The position numbers were made by a program, and so were the translations under genes. Under the pieces are notes generated by a model. It did no database searches, was not told the DNA's origin, and was given only the letters and a program-made list of their open reading frames with translations. A stretch of DNA of 63,430 bases, the filler included, from Octopus bimaculoides (lineage: Eukaryota), in the NCBI RefSeq assembly GCF_001194135.2. It is 5 parts of 5 records of this genome, joined end to end, with 100 filler letters (N's around TTAATTAATTAA, not from the genome) between each part and the next. Parts side by side here need not be neighbours in the genome. Positions count along the whole stretch, not along the records: positions 32,351 to 60,206 come from NC_068982.1; positions 60,307 to 61,846 come from NC_068990.1; 3 more parts are not named here. One strand, 5' to 3'. Each line of letters opens with the position of its first letter. The stretch's first letter is position 1. Shown here one piece after another: positions 50,793 through 61,946 of this stretch.

Positions 50793-51683
50793 GTATATAT
50801 ATGCAATTTAATGCTAACATAATCACAGCCTTTATTGTTATTACTATTATTACTTTAGACTCCAGTTTGTGTATACAAATATATTTGAAGAATTTACAAA
50901 CACATGAAGCCGGTGATTACCTCTGGACTATATCAATAGACAAGTGAAAGATACCTCTTACACAAGACTCTAGTTTTAAACTGGTTACACCCTCAAAAGA
51001 ATTATAGGAATTTATTTTCAACCACATTCATATAAAAATGTACTGCATTAAAACAGCAAAAATACTTGTTAAGGATAAAATATTTGCCGCCAAAAAGTTG
51101 GCAAATACAACTTCCTTTCTGCAGTTTTGCCTAACAAAACATACTCTTTTGTAATTCACTATCAGGTTTCGTTTATACATCATTATTTTTAAACATTTAT
51201 GACTAATATCTTTATAACTTGTTTTCATAAATTATTCTTTGTAAAAGTCCTTTCTTGAGATTCACAACAAAATCTGTTCAAAATTTCATTTTGTCTCATT
51301 GTAAGTAATAATGAGCTTCTTGTACACAGTGCTCAGATGCACTACAATATTAATATCAAATAATACATTTCATATAAGAATACTATTAATAAGTTTTAAA
51401 TTATCAATTTTTTATGTTCTAAAAACTTGTAAAAATGTCTCATCCTTAGAGCTTAATTTGTTTTTGTAAATGAGTTTATGTACATAATATATTTTTCTAA
51501 CATTTCTCAATTTTCACGTCTTTTTGTGTTATAGTTATATTTTTGAAATCTACATTATGTTTACATTTAGACAAAGAATTGCTTACTAAAAAGCAATATA
51601 TATTAATCGAAGTCAAATTCTCAAACAATCTTATATGATAAACTCCACTCAAGGAACACAATGGATTTCGGGTTAACATTGTT

Positions 51684-51696
51684 ACGTCACTTCCGG
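51684..51696 (-). promoter_or_regulatory. composite ETS-CRE motif (CCGGAAGTGACGT), candidate housekeeping-type promoter
   Basis: ACGTCACTTCCGG on +, with a second ETS-like TACTTCCT at 51701, in non-repeat DNA. Function is inferred. Confidence 0.4.
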
Positions 51697-52109
51697 TAGT
51701 TACTTCCTAGTCATCTAATTTTGGCTGTTATTTTCATTGCCAAAGTTTTTTTCTCTGTCTACAGACGTAATCTGATCGAAACAAAACCACTAGGAAGAGA
51801 AATAGAAGCAATAATAATAAAGGCAGTCAGAAAGTCCTCATATATTGGGTGTTTGTCACTTGAATACAGTCGTTACCCATCACGTTGAAACAGTGCCTCC
51901 TTGGTTTGGGACGTAATGTTCTACTCGTACAGTTTGGTCATTGTATGTATTATATACCCCAATTTTTTTTGTAGTCGCTTTCTATAAACTACCCCTATCT
52001 ACTCCTTTTAATTGTTCTTTTCTCTCTAGCACCAATATGGGAATTCACGCTGTCTTGAGAAGAGAGGGCAGCTATGAACTGTTATCGTTTAGGCTATTTA
52101 TTTATAACG

Positions 52110-52390
52110 ATCGAAAGTGGCGATTCATTCACTGCGTGTTTAACAGACCATGAATATTCCAAAGGGTGGTTCACACTTGCTTTAAACTCGCAGTTCCTTC
52201 TGAGAAATATTCAACTTTAACAGTGCAGTAAATTTCCCTCAGTGTCAACAATGTAAACAAACCAAAATCTCCAAGAATCTGATACAAAACAATTTAGATG
52301 AAACGAAAACTATTTTGCACAACACAATGGTAATCTTGGATCGAGTTGAGAAACCAAAGGTACTGATTACCCAGTCAAAATATCTTGCTA
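52110..52390 (+). pseudogene. YKT6: decayed intronless YKT6-like R-SNARE copy
   Basis: Frameshifted blocks DS..ACLTDHEYSK..FTL, QNLQESD and IQNNLDETKTILHNTMVILDRVEK...L...S..L align to YKT6 ([49 protein letters not shown]). Truncated by a SINE. Confidence 0.6.
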
Positions 52391-52787
52391 CAAAACAGCC
52401 ACATGGTTCTGGGTTCAGTCCCACTGCGTGGAACCTTGGGAAATTATCTTCTACCATAACACCGGGGTCGAACAAAACCCTGCGAATGCATTTGTCCCCC
52501 AACCACCACCGCTTAATACCGGTGTTAGTTTCTTTACGTCTCTGTAACAATAGCGATTCGGCAAAAAGAGACCGATCGAATAAGTACCGGGGTCGATTTG
52601 TTCAACTAAATCCTTTAATCCAATGACTGAAATGCATAAAAGATAATAAGCATCTTGTAGTCAATGAATGGTAATCTAAATCCGTTATTGGTTTCAACTC
52701 TTTGGTTGTAGTCATTTCACTTACCGCTATTTTCTTACCACAACACATCTTTATATGTTTTCAGTGTTTTGGTTTATGTCACAAACT

Positions 52788-53143
52788 TTACTCTTTTATT
52801 TGTTTCAATCATTTGACTGCGGCCATGCTGGAGCACCGCCTTTAGTCGAGCAAATCGACCCCAGGACTTATTCTTTGTATGCCTAGTACTTATTCTATCG
52901 GTCTCTTGCCGAACCGCTAAGTACGGGGACGTAAACACACCAGCATCGGTTGTCAAGCGATGGGGGGGGGACACAGAAACACATATACACGACGGGTTTC
53001 TTTGAGTTTCCGTCTACCAAATCCACTGACAAGGCTTTGGTCAGCCCGAGGCTATAGTAGAAGACACTTGCCCAAAGTGCTACGCAGTGGGACTGAACCC
53101 GGAACCATGTGGTTGGTAAGCAAGCTACTTACTCCACAGCCAC
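52788..53143 (-). mobile_element. SINE family A, young full-length copy
   Basis: Near-identical reverse complement of 56536-56906. Confidence 0.9.
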
Positions 53144-54039
53144 CGAAATTTCATCCAGCTTCATTTCAATTTACAAAGATTCTGGAAAATATCCTAAATC
53201 GCTTCACGTTGCCCATGCTCTTGGAAACATATAAACGTCAAAAGTAATTTCCCCTTCCGTAGTATTTTCAATTTTCCTGTATGATTTATGTTTACTTTCA
53301 TCTTTTTTTTTCAGTCACGATAAAAAAAAATAATAATAAAGATCTCTAAATTAAAGGAAAATAACCATACAAAATATTACAACTTGAAATAATCGAGCGA
53401 TGGGTGCCTCTCCTAGACAGCCCGTATCTTAAAATGGACAGAAATGTCGTTGTTTGAATGTATTTGATTACATTAAAAGATGCATCGCAGTTTCAGTAGT
53501 GCATGCCAGGTAAAATAGCACCAGCAACAAGATTGGATTATTGGAGGACCAACTTCGTATACAAGACCCGGTTTTTTTTTTTTTAAGTAAGAAGCGGGGG
53601 GCGTCTTATATGCCATCAAATACAGTATCTGTTCAGAGCCGATCTATTTCATTCCTTGTGGACCTTTTATGCTGTTGCGTTGACCCTGCTAGAATAACAC
53701 CCAACGCTCCCTCATCACATCCTACTATCTTAAAAGCTAGAATGGACAATAGAGTTCCTAACATACAACAAAACGGGATAGTCGCACCTGGAACGCATTT
53801 GATTGCAGCTCGAATCACCTCTAGAAAGTTTTTTTTTTTAAGTGAAGGTATTTTCATGGGGCTAATGCAGTTTCGCACCTCTCCTCGAAAAGAATTTTTC
53901 GGATTCCTACGTTTTAGATGTCGGAGATTACGAATATGCTAAAAATAAACAGTAACATGTAGTTATTTTCTTGTTTACCACGATCGTTTTGGAAACGTGC
54001 AGTGTAAACTGACACACTGGAAGGGGAGATAATTCTGTC

Positions 54040-54440
54040 TTCTATCAATTCTAGACATGCCGTTGACTGCCTTAGAGTCTCTCACGCAATAAAGACACGT
54101 ATGGCAAACTTATTCCAGCATGGCCACTTGGCACCACGTGTTCTTAGGTTGGTTCTTTTCCTGTTTTCTTCTGGTGTCTATGTCACAGTAGTTTTTGTAT
54201 GCTGAATAACTTGTATGCAAAACCGACACAGCATCACAATGATTTGCAGTGGTTGTAATTGGCTTTGCCGAAAATTTTTTTTTCCGTTTATAATTCAGTC
54301 TTGCTAGGTGACTGAGGAACTTCTTTAGTCATCCGTAGTTTATACTAAACGGAACCGTAGGCAGAACTATTGCACTATATAACTGAACCTTGATGTTAAT
54401 ACCGATGCCTATTGGAATATACCTCCTCTGCATTGCCAGT
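54040..54440 (-). mobile_element. old RTE LINE 3' fragment
   Basis: Remnants KVQLYSAIVLPT and T*TPEENRKR..PKNTW match RTE KIRLY..VLP.LLYG and WTPEGKRKRGRPKNTW. Confidence 0.5.
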
Positions 54441-55215
54441 TCTACTAGTCACATTACTTTCTATACTTCCATTACAACAAATCACACTGGCCAGATGAAA
54501 ATATTGGTCGTGATATTAAATCTAGTTAGTCATTGTTTCTACCAGCTGTGCAGTATCATTGACAAAGTGTAGATTCCAAAGCCTTTTCATTTCTCTCTAG
54601 CATTCTTGTGATGGTCCCATCAATTACCTCCTTCATTATGAAATCAATTACTAGCAAGAAAAGAAGTGTAAGAGGGTGCAGGCCTAACACCTGCATTATA
54701 GAGATATAAATTGACTCCAGTATTTTATCAACCCTGGAATGACGAAAGGTAAATTGCCCTTGGCAGGATTTGAACTCAGAATGTAAAAAATCAACATGTT
54801 AATGATTCTGCAAAAGATGACTAATATATTCAAATTAACAGTTCTTTTTTTTAGGCTCTTCTGCAAATATTTATATTAAAAGGAAAAGATTAAATAGGTC
54901 ATGGGCAAAAGGCCACATAGTACCTACGCCTCCTTAAATTGATTTTGCATCAACTTCACATTTCATCCTTCTTCTGAGATTACTTATTAATAAGCAGTAT
55001 TGTGATCAGCTATCATCAACAAAGTAAAGCATTGTGCATATGTTAGAAAGTAAATTATATTTTATTTTTCACTCTCTCTTCTGCAGATTCACCTTAGTAG
55101 CACTACTTAACTCATATATGGAAAAGTGTTGGCGGTCAGTCACTTTAAGAGTTATTTTTATTTCATTTGAGCAATGTTGTGACAGCAGTCAAACAGCTTT
55201 CAGCAACAAAAACTA

Positions 55216-55434
55216 TATCATCATCATCATCATCGTTTAACGTCCGCTTTCCATGCTAGCATGGGTTGGACGATTTGACTGAGGACTGGTGAACCAGATG
55301 GCTACACCAGGCTCCAATCTGATTTGGCAGAGTTTCTACAGCTGGATGCCCTTCCTAACGCCAACCACTCCGAGAGTGTAGTGGGTGCTTTTATGTGCCA
55401 CTGGCACGAAGGCCAGTCAGGGGGTACTGGCAAT
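55216..55434 (-). mobile_element. 3' end of RTE family B
   Basis: (CAT)n-CGTTTAACGTCCGCTTTCCATGCTAGCATGG. Confidence 0.85.
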
Positions 55435-56535
55435 ATATATTTATTTATATAATGAAAAATTACTGAAACAAAAAAGAAACAATGGCTGTGAGGTTATGGT
55501 GCTGGGCAATCCATCTGCATAGTCACAAGCTTTAATCTTAGTATTTTGCCTCTAAGAAAATTAACCAATTCTTTCTTCGTTTTAATTGGAAAATTTTTTT
55601 TAAAACTCCACAGTTATGTGGTTAGTAGTAAGACGCATACATTTCATTTTAGTCTTGTCTTTTAAGAGAAAAAATGTATCTAAATATTGTCATTTATCAA
55701 GTAATATTTTGTACATTTGATTTGTCTGCTTTTTTAGTGATTCTAATTATACTTCAACCAATAGATTACATTCTCTATTTACTTCCTTCTCTTTCTTAGC
55801 TCTGTATAATGTCTGCATTCATTTAGTTACTACTACTGCTACAGAATATAAACTAACCTTTTTGCGAACCAACTGTTTGCACTCACTGGTTGATTATGGT
55901 TACTATACAATCTATTGTGGTTTGAAATATTACCAATTGCACTGCGATGTACCCTTAAACAAAATTTGATTAATCTAACTGAAATTGAAAATTGAGTGAT
56001 GTGTTAAAGACATTATTTTATAAATTACTGTAACCATATGTACAAATATTACAAATGCTTGAACTATCCAGGTCTGAAGGAAAAGTATGATGAGGAATGC
56101 AGCAGTCATGTAAATTTCTCCACCTAGTACCAACTCTTTTAGAGACTATCATTTACTCCATTCTCAGTTAAGGTTACATTGGTTTCAAATTTTGGCACAA
56201 AGCCAGCAAGTTTATGGGAGGCGCTAAGTCGATTACATCAATCCCAGTGTTCAACTAGTACTTATTTTATCAACCCTGAAAGGATAAAAGGCAAATTTGA
56301 ACTCAGCATAAAGACCGATGAAATGCCATCAAGTATTTTGCCTGGCATGCTTGCGATTCCTACCAGCTTGTGACCTTAGTTAAGGTTATATTAACAATGA
56401 AATACCCTTGCTTCCTTTTATTGGCTACAGGTTTGACAAATAGTTTCTTACAGTTTCAAACTTACTGAAAAATTACCAGGTTATAGAAATGTTTTCTGCC
56501 TATAACTAAATTTTTTTTTATTAAATACCTATACA

Positions 56536-56906
56536 TAGGCGCAGGAGTGGCTGTGTGGTAAGTAGCTTGCTTACCAACTACATGGTTGCTGGTTCATTCT
56601 CACTTGGGCAAGTGTCTTCCATTATAGCCTCGGGCCGACCAAAGCCTTGTGAGTGGATTTGGTAGACGGAAACTGAAAGAAGCCCGTTGTATATATATAT
56701 GTATGTTTGTGTCTGTGTTTGTCCCCCCAACATTGCTTGACAACCGATGGTGGTGTGTTTACATCCCCGTAACTTAGCGGTTCGGCAAAAGAGACCGATA
56801 GAATAAGTACTAGGCTTCCAAAGAATAAGTCCTGGGGTCGATTTGCTCGACTAAAGGCGGTGCTCCAGCATGGCCGCAGTCAAATGACTGAAACAAGTAA
56901 AAGAGT
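56536..56906 (+). mobile_element. SINE family A reference copy (tRNA-like head, CORE-like TTGGGCAAGT block, GT/TA linker, tail)
   Basis: More than 10 copies or fragments in the window, including 1-215, 8400-8660, 10805-11100, 23961-24130, 52385-52640 and 57642-58005. Confidence 0.9.
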
Positions 56907-57377
56907 ATACTGGATAATGATGAGTTTTTCCACCTTTAGAGTTAAAAGATGATTATCTATAGATGCAAACCATTTAGTGGATAAGTACAATTAATATGAA
57001 AGTTGGACAGTTACAGATTAGTGTACTGTGGGATTAGTTGGTGCAAGATTTTACACAGAAAAAGAGGTTGCTTAGCACTTGGCCATCTTTAATCAAACCA
57101 ACTGATTCAACAGCATTCCAGCCATGACCATCCTGTCGTTTTTTTGTTTGTTTCTTTTTTCACAGTGTACCTAGGACTGCATTATCTAATGTATTCTTTG
57201 TTTATTTAAGACAGTACAGTATAACTTGAAGGAGATTTGACTGCAAAAACAATTAGGTACTTGAGTGGAAATATCCCAACACCAACAATTTCTGAAGAAC
57301 ATATTTTGACACAGAAGCCAACACCGACATGTTTTAGTGTTATGAACAGGTTAATAATGCAGCCTTCACGAAAATGT

Positions 57378-57605
57378 GAAGGTGTGTGGCTCAGTGGTTA
57401 GGGTGTTGCTCTCATGATTACAAGACAATTGTTTCAATTCCAGGACCAAGCAGTGCATCATGTTCTTGAGCACATTGCTCCAATCCACTCAGCTATAAAT
57501 GAGTAACCCTGCAATGGACTGACACCCCATTCAGGGAGTATGTTGTGATCCTGGTCACTTATATGCCATGGAAACTAAGTAACTGGCCCTGAGTCCTAGG
57601 ACCTG
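57378..57605 (+). mobile_element. tRNA-derived SINE related to family D by its head
   Basis: TGGCTCAGTGGTTAGG, GTTTCAATTCC and TCCACTCAGCTATAAATGAGTA. Confidence 0.6.
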
Positions 57606-58983
57606 AGATTGTATTTACTTCATTTCACCAAAGCAACAGGTGCAAGTATGGCTGTATGGTAAGAAGTTTGCTTCCCAACCATATGATGCTGGGTTCAAAC
57701 TCACTGCATGGCATTTTCGGCAAGTGTCTTCTACTGTAGCCTCAGGCCAACCAAAGCCTTATGAGTGGATTTGGTAGACAGAAAGTGAAAGAAGCCCATT
57801 GTATTTATATATATGTATTTGTTACCCCACCACTGCTTGACAACTGGTGTTTATGTCCCACAGCTCTTAGCAGTTCAGCAAAAGAGACTGACATAATAAG
57901 TACCAGGCTTAAAGAAGATAAGATTTGAGGTTGATTAGGTTGACTAAAACTTCCTCAAGGTGGTGCCCCAGCATGGCTGCAGCCTAATGACAAATAAGTA
58001 AAAGATTAAGTAATGATTACTAAATATACAAGAATACATACAGTTGACACAGAAAGATTTCAATAAGATAATTGCCAGTGACAAGAAATAAATGTATCAC
58101 AGGAATATCTAACATCAGCTACAAGTTGTTTAACCCTAAGTTATCTCTATCAAGCAGACACGATCAAAAGCATTCCTGTAGTGACCATCTCATCTTTTTT
58201 TTTCAAAGAAAGCAGGGTGTGATTTGGATACTGTTTCTAACAGATCAACCAACCATGCAGTTTGGCTTGTTAATTACATTTGATTCTCACCAAAGTTATC
58301 ATTTCAATGTCAACTTTTCTGTGTTTACAAGCATCAGATGAGACTGTTGGAATAGTTTTCTACAGCTGGATGCCCTTCCTGGTACCAACCTTTACCTGTT
58401 TCCAAGCAAGGTAATAATCTACCGGTCTAACAAACAAACAGCCCAGGTATAATTACACGGAGAAGTAGAAACAAACAATGCCATTGTTCAAACGCATCCT
58501 TTGTTTGCAAAGACTGCAACATGTCAAGAAGCCCAGACATACTTTAACCCTTTAGCATTCAAATTACCCTGTTAAAAGTGATATTTATTTACATCATTTT
58601 CAATTAATTGTGCATTATCTCACAGCTTCAAGATTTCGATGGTGTGGTTGTTTATTTTAAGAATGACTTTGTAAGATGAGTGTGAGAGATGAAAACTATT
58701 AAACAGAACCCTTGATCCAATAACACTGTATAAACTCTGTATTTGGAATGACCAATTTCAAAGACTGTTGGATTTTACTCATAGGGTATTGGAATCTTAA
58801 TAATGGATTTACAAATGCAATGACCAATCTTAAAGACTATAGGATTTTACTCACAAGGTATTGGAATCCTTTTTGTATACCATTCTGCCTAAACAATGGA
58901 TTTACAAATACAATATTCCCTACATCCACTCTCTATTTCCTATCTTAACTAAACTAATTATTGCTTAACCATCCTCTCACTCC

Positions 58984-59031
58984 GTCTCCGATAAAGGGAT
59001 ATAATAAATATCTTGGAAACAGCTGTAAGAC
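58984..59031 (+). ncRNA. degenerate minimal type I hammerhead ribozyme in a Penelope-like terminal repeat
   Basis: GTCT-CCGATAA-A-GGGATA(loop)TATCTT-G-GAAA-CAGCTG-TA-AGAC. Stems I, II and III are present, but the core CUGAUGA is mutated to CCGAUAA. Confidence 0.55.
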
Positions 59032-59097
59032 CTTCTATTTATAAATGTTCTATATTATACACAACCTTGGTTTTTTATCTCATTACGAAAAGTAAAT

Positions 59098-59144
<47 letters not shown>

Positions 59145-59469
59145 CATGCAGTTAAATTCATGTCCAGTCATAGTGACCAATGGTTTTTGCATCCATAGAG
59201 CACTTAGCTTTAGAGACAACTCATCAGACTCTAATGGCGGAGGGCATATAACCTCTCTTCAAACTGAAGGTGGAAAACCGTTAAGGTCAGTTCATTTGTA
59301 AACAAAAGAATATACGGTCTAAGCTTTAAATAGGATAAGTTATCTCCCTTAGACCAGTCTATTTGGCAAATCTTATGAACCTTAAGGGTAAAGAGGGAAA
59401 CTCTACACTTAGGCTGTTTCTGGTCTGCAAGAACATTTTGCAACTCTAATCGTCGAACAGAGAATCTCA

Positions 59470-59860
59470 TGCCAGCAGCATGTAGCATTTGAAATGTGGG
59501 CAGGGACTATAGATCTCATGTCTTGAGTTTAAGCGATACCTTGTGTCCAGTGAGTCCTTAAGGATCTTTGCTTGCTCTACTATGCAAAGCTTGCATCATC
59601 CTCTCCTGTTTATATAGGACCCCAGCCACTGTATAATCCTCCATTTAATTTCGTATGGGATTCCTTCATCCTTCAGATGCTACACATGGCTGGCCAGGGA
59701 TGTGACATAACGTCTTTCTGGAACCACAAAAGAGGACCTGAGGTTGTATAGGCATTGCTTAAAAGTAGTTCCAGCCAACCTGATATATCTCCGAACTTGA
59801 GGTGTTGGTTGTGTTCACACCTCTGGTGTATCTTCCATTGGCTCTGGACCTGAAGTTGTT
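59470..59860 (-). mobile_element. Penelope-like element, GIY-YIG C-terminal fragment
   Basis: Translation YI.LAGTTFKQCLYNLRSSF...TSLASHV*HLKDEGIPYEIKWRII...CKLCIVEQAKIL...LNSRHEIYSPCPH. Confidence 0.75.
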
Positions 59861-59875
59861 GGAGCTGTCATCATT

Positions 59876-60206
59876 GGTTAGAGACTTAGAGACAAGTTAC
59901 TTGAAGCATTTGATGAAATAGAAGGGGATATAGCATCATACAACATAGAAGACAATTGGAGATTTCTGCGGGACAACCTGTTGAGAGCCACCGACCAGAT
60001 CTGTGGCTGGTGTAAAGTCCCCTCTCGACCCAGAGTAACGTGGTGGTGGAACAAGGAGGTAGACGGGGCTATTAGACAAAAGAAACAGGCTTGGAAGAAC
60101 GGTGGTAGCAGGGAATTGTACCAATCTGCCAGAAGGGAAGCTAGGCAACAGGTTTATTTAGCCAGAGGGGAAGCAGATAAGAAAAGATTTGCCAATGTTC
60201 TGCGTC
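59876..60206 (+). mobile_element. RTE family B fragment
   Basis: Collinear with 42718-43058. Confidence 0.85.
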
Positions 60207-60307
60207 NNNNNNNNNNNNNNNNNNNNNNNNNNNNNNNNNNNNNNNNNNNNTTAATTAATTAANNNNNNNNNNNNNNNNNNNNNNNNNNNNNNNNNNNNNN
60301 NNNNNNA

Positions 60308-60934
60308 TCATCAACATGATTTCTATGTACACCAATCCAAACCATCGCGGCACATCTCTCTCTCTCTCTTCGATTCTGTTAGGTGTTTCATATTCACCAC
60401 GATTAATAATAGACAAGAGTTACAGCCTGCGATAAACGTCTGTCCTCAAGAACCCGGCCCGGCATGGAAGCCACAACATCACAACTAGTGATCGCACTCC
60501 CACACGCAGCCTCAACTTCTTTCACATACAGACTCATCCTATTGTGTACTCAAGAACTGGTATAAATGCTCACGTGTTACTGACTCTTTCTATCTGCTGT
60601 AATATCTCACATACACATACATGTATCACTCACACACACACTCTTTTCTTTATACGACGGCCTGTCTTTTATTGTTTTTATATGTCGCATTCTCACTCAC
60701 ACACAGACATACATTTTTAACGCAACAATAAATAATTCTGTTATTCATCTTCATACGGTTGTCTTCAATATCGTCTCTTCATTACTGGCCATCTATGTTA
60801 TCGTAGTATAACATATTCGTATATCATCATTGATTTATATTTTGTGTTCGACCGTGTGACGCGTTGTAAATAAAAGGAGTCCTGTTTTTTCCATTCGTCA
60901 CCATTTCTCCTTTTTGAGTTCGCACGGTCGTTCT

Positions 60935-60938
<4 letters not shown>
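60308..60938 (+). mobile_element. probable solo LTR (5' end lost in gap)
   Basis: TATAAA at 60561, AATAAA at 60869, and terminal ...TTCTTACA followed by (TA)n. It sits between two collinear RTE-B pieces. No 5' TG or TSD is visible. Confidence 0.45.
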
Positions 60939-60963
<25 letters not shown>

Positions 60964-60965
<2 letters not shown>

Positions 60966-61556
60966 CATAAGATGTACCCAGTGTAAGCCATGGACACAAG
61001 AGGTGCAGTAATATCAAAGGAAGGCTAACTGGGAAGATAGTTTTTGTATGTGGCAAATGCTCAACAACTTCTGTCACATTCCAAAGAGAAAAACTAGAAG
61101 TAGTTGATAGCTTCCGTTACCTAAGTGACGAAGTCAGTAGCGGGCGTGGATGCTGTGAAATTGTAGCTGCTACAATAAGAATAGCCTGAGTAAAGTTCAG
61201 AGAGCTCCTACCTCTGCTGGTGACAAAAGGCCTCTCGCTCAGAGTAAAAGGTAGACTGTATGACGCAAGTGTGCGAACAGCCATGTTACATGGCAGTGAA
61301 GCATGGGCCGTGACTGCTGAGGATATGCGTAAGAGAGACGACTGCGCTGGTATGGCCAATTGCTGAGAATGGATGAGGACAGCTGTGTGAAAAAGTGTTA
61401 CACCTTAGCAGTCGAGGGAACCTGTGGAAGAGGTAGATCCAGGAAAACTTGGGATGAGGTGGTGAAGTACGACCTTCGAATACTGGGCCTCACCGAGGCA
61501 ATAACTAGTGACCGAAACCTTTGGAGATATGCTGTGCTTGAGAAGACTCGGCAGAT
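60964..61556 (+). mobile_element. RTE family B fragment with internal deletions
   Basis: Collinear with about 44325-45070. Confidence 0.85.
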
Positions 61557-61559
61557 TGC

Positions 61560-61846
61560 ATGCCCAGAATACCGAATGACACCTTTTAGTGATCATATTG
61601 AGAAATGTGCAAAACAAATGCTACCACAATTTATAATCTTTCCTTTCTATCAATGTGCCATTAAAACACCAACACAGATTAGATTAAATAAGGAAACCTT
61701 TTTCATTCAAAAATACAAACCCAAACTTAACCATTGCTAACACATCTAAATAAGGAAATTCATCACCCCACTGAGAAAAAAGGAAAAAAATATAGAACAA
61801 AACCATGGTAAATTAATCAAATTCTACCACCTCCTAGATTTCGATT
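61560..61846 (+). mobile_element. Penelope-like GIY-YIG extreme C-terminus
   Basis: SDHIEKC...F.IFPFY...RLNKETFFIQKYKPKLN. Confidence 0.6.
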
Positions 61847-61946
61847 NNNNNNNNNNNNNNNNNNNNNNNNNNNNNNNNNNNNNNNNNNNNTTAATTAATT
61901 AANNNNNNNNNNNNNNNNNNNNNNNNNNNNNNNNNNNNNNNNNNNN

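Noticed and set aside
54360-54390. TATTGCAC miR-92-like seed
   Set aside because: There is no pairing arm, and the region is the antisense of an old RTE fragment.
56068-56105. 38-nt AG/GT-bounded segment GLKEKYDEECSSH, faintly calponin-like
   Set aside because: It is out of phase with the neighbouring candidate exons and too short to support a homology call.
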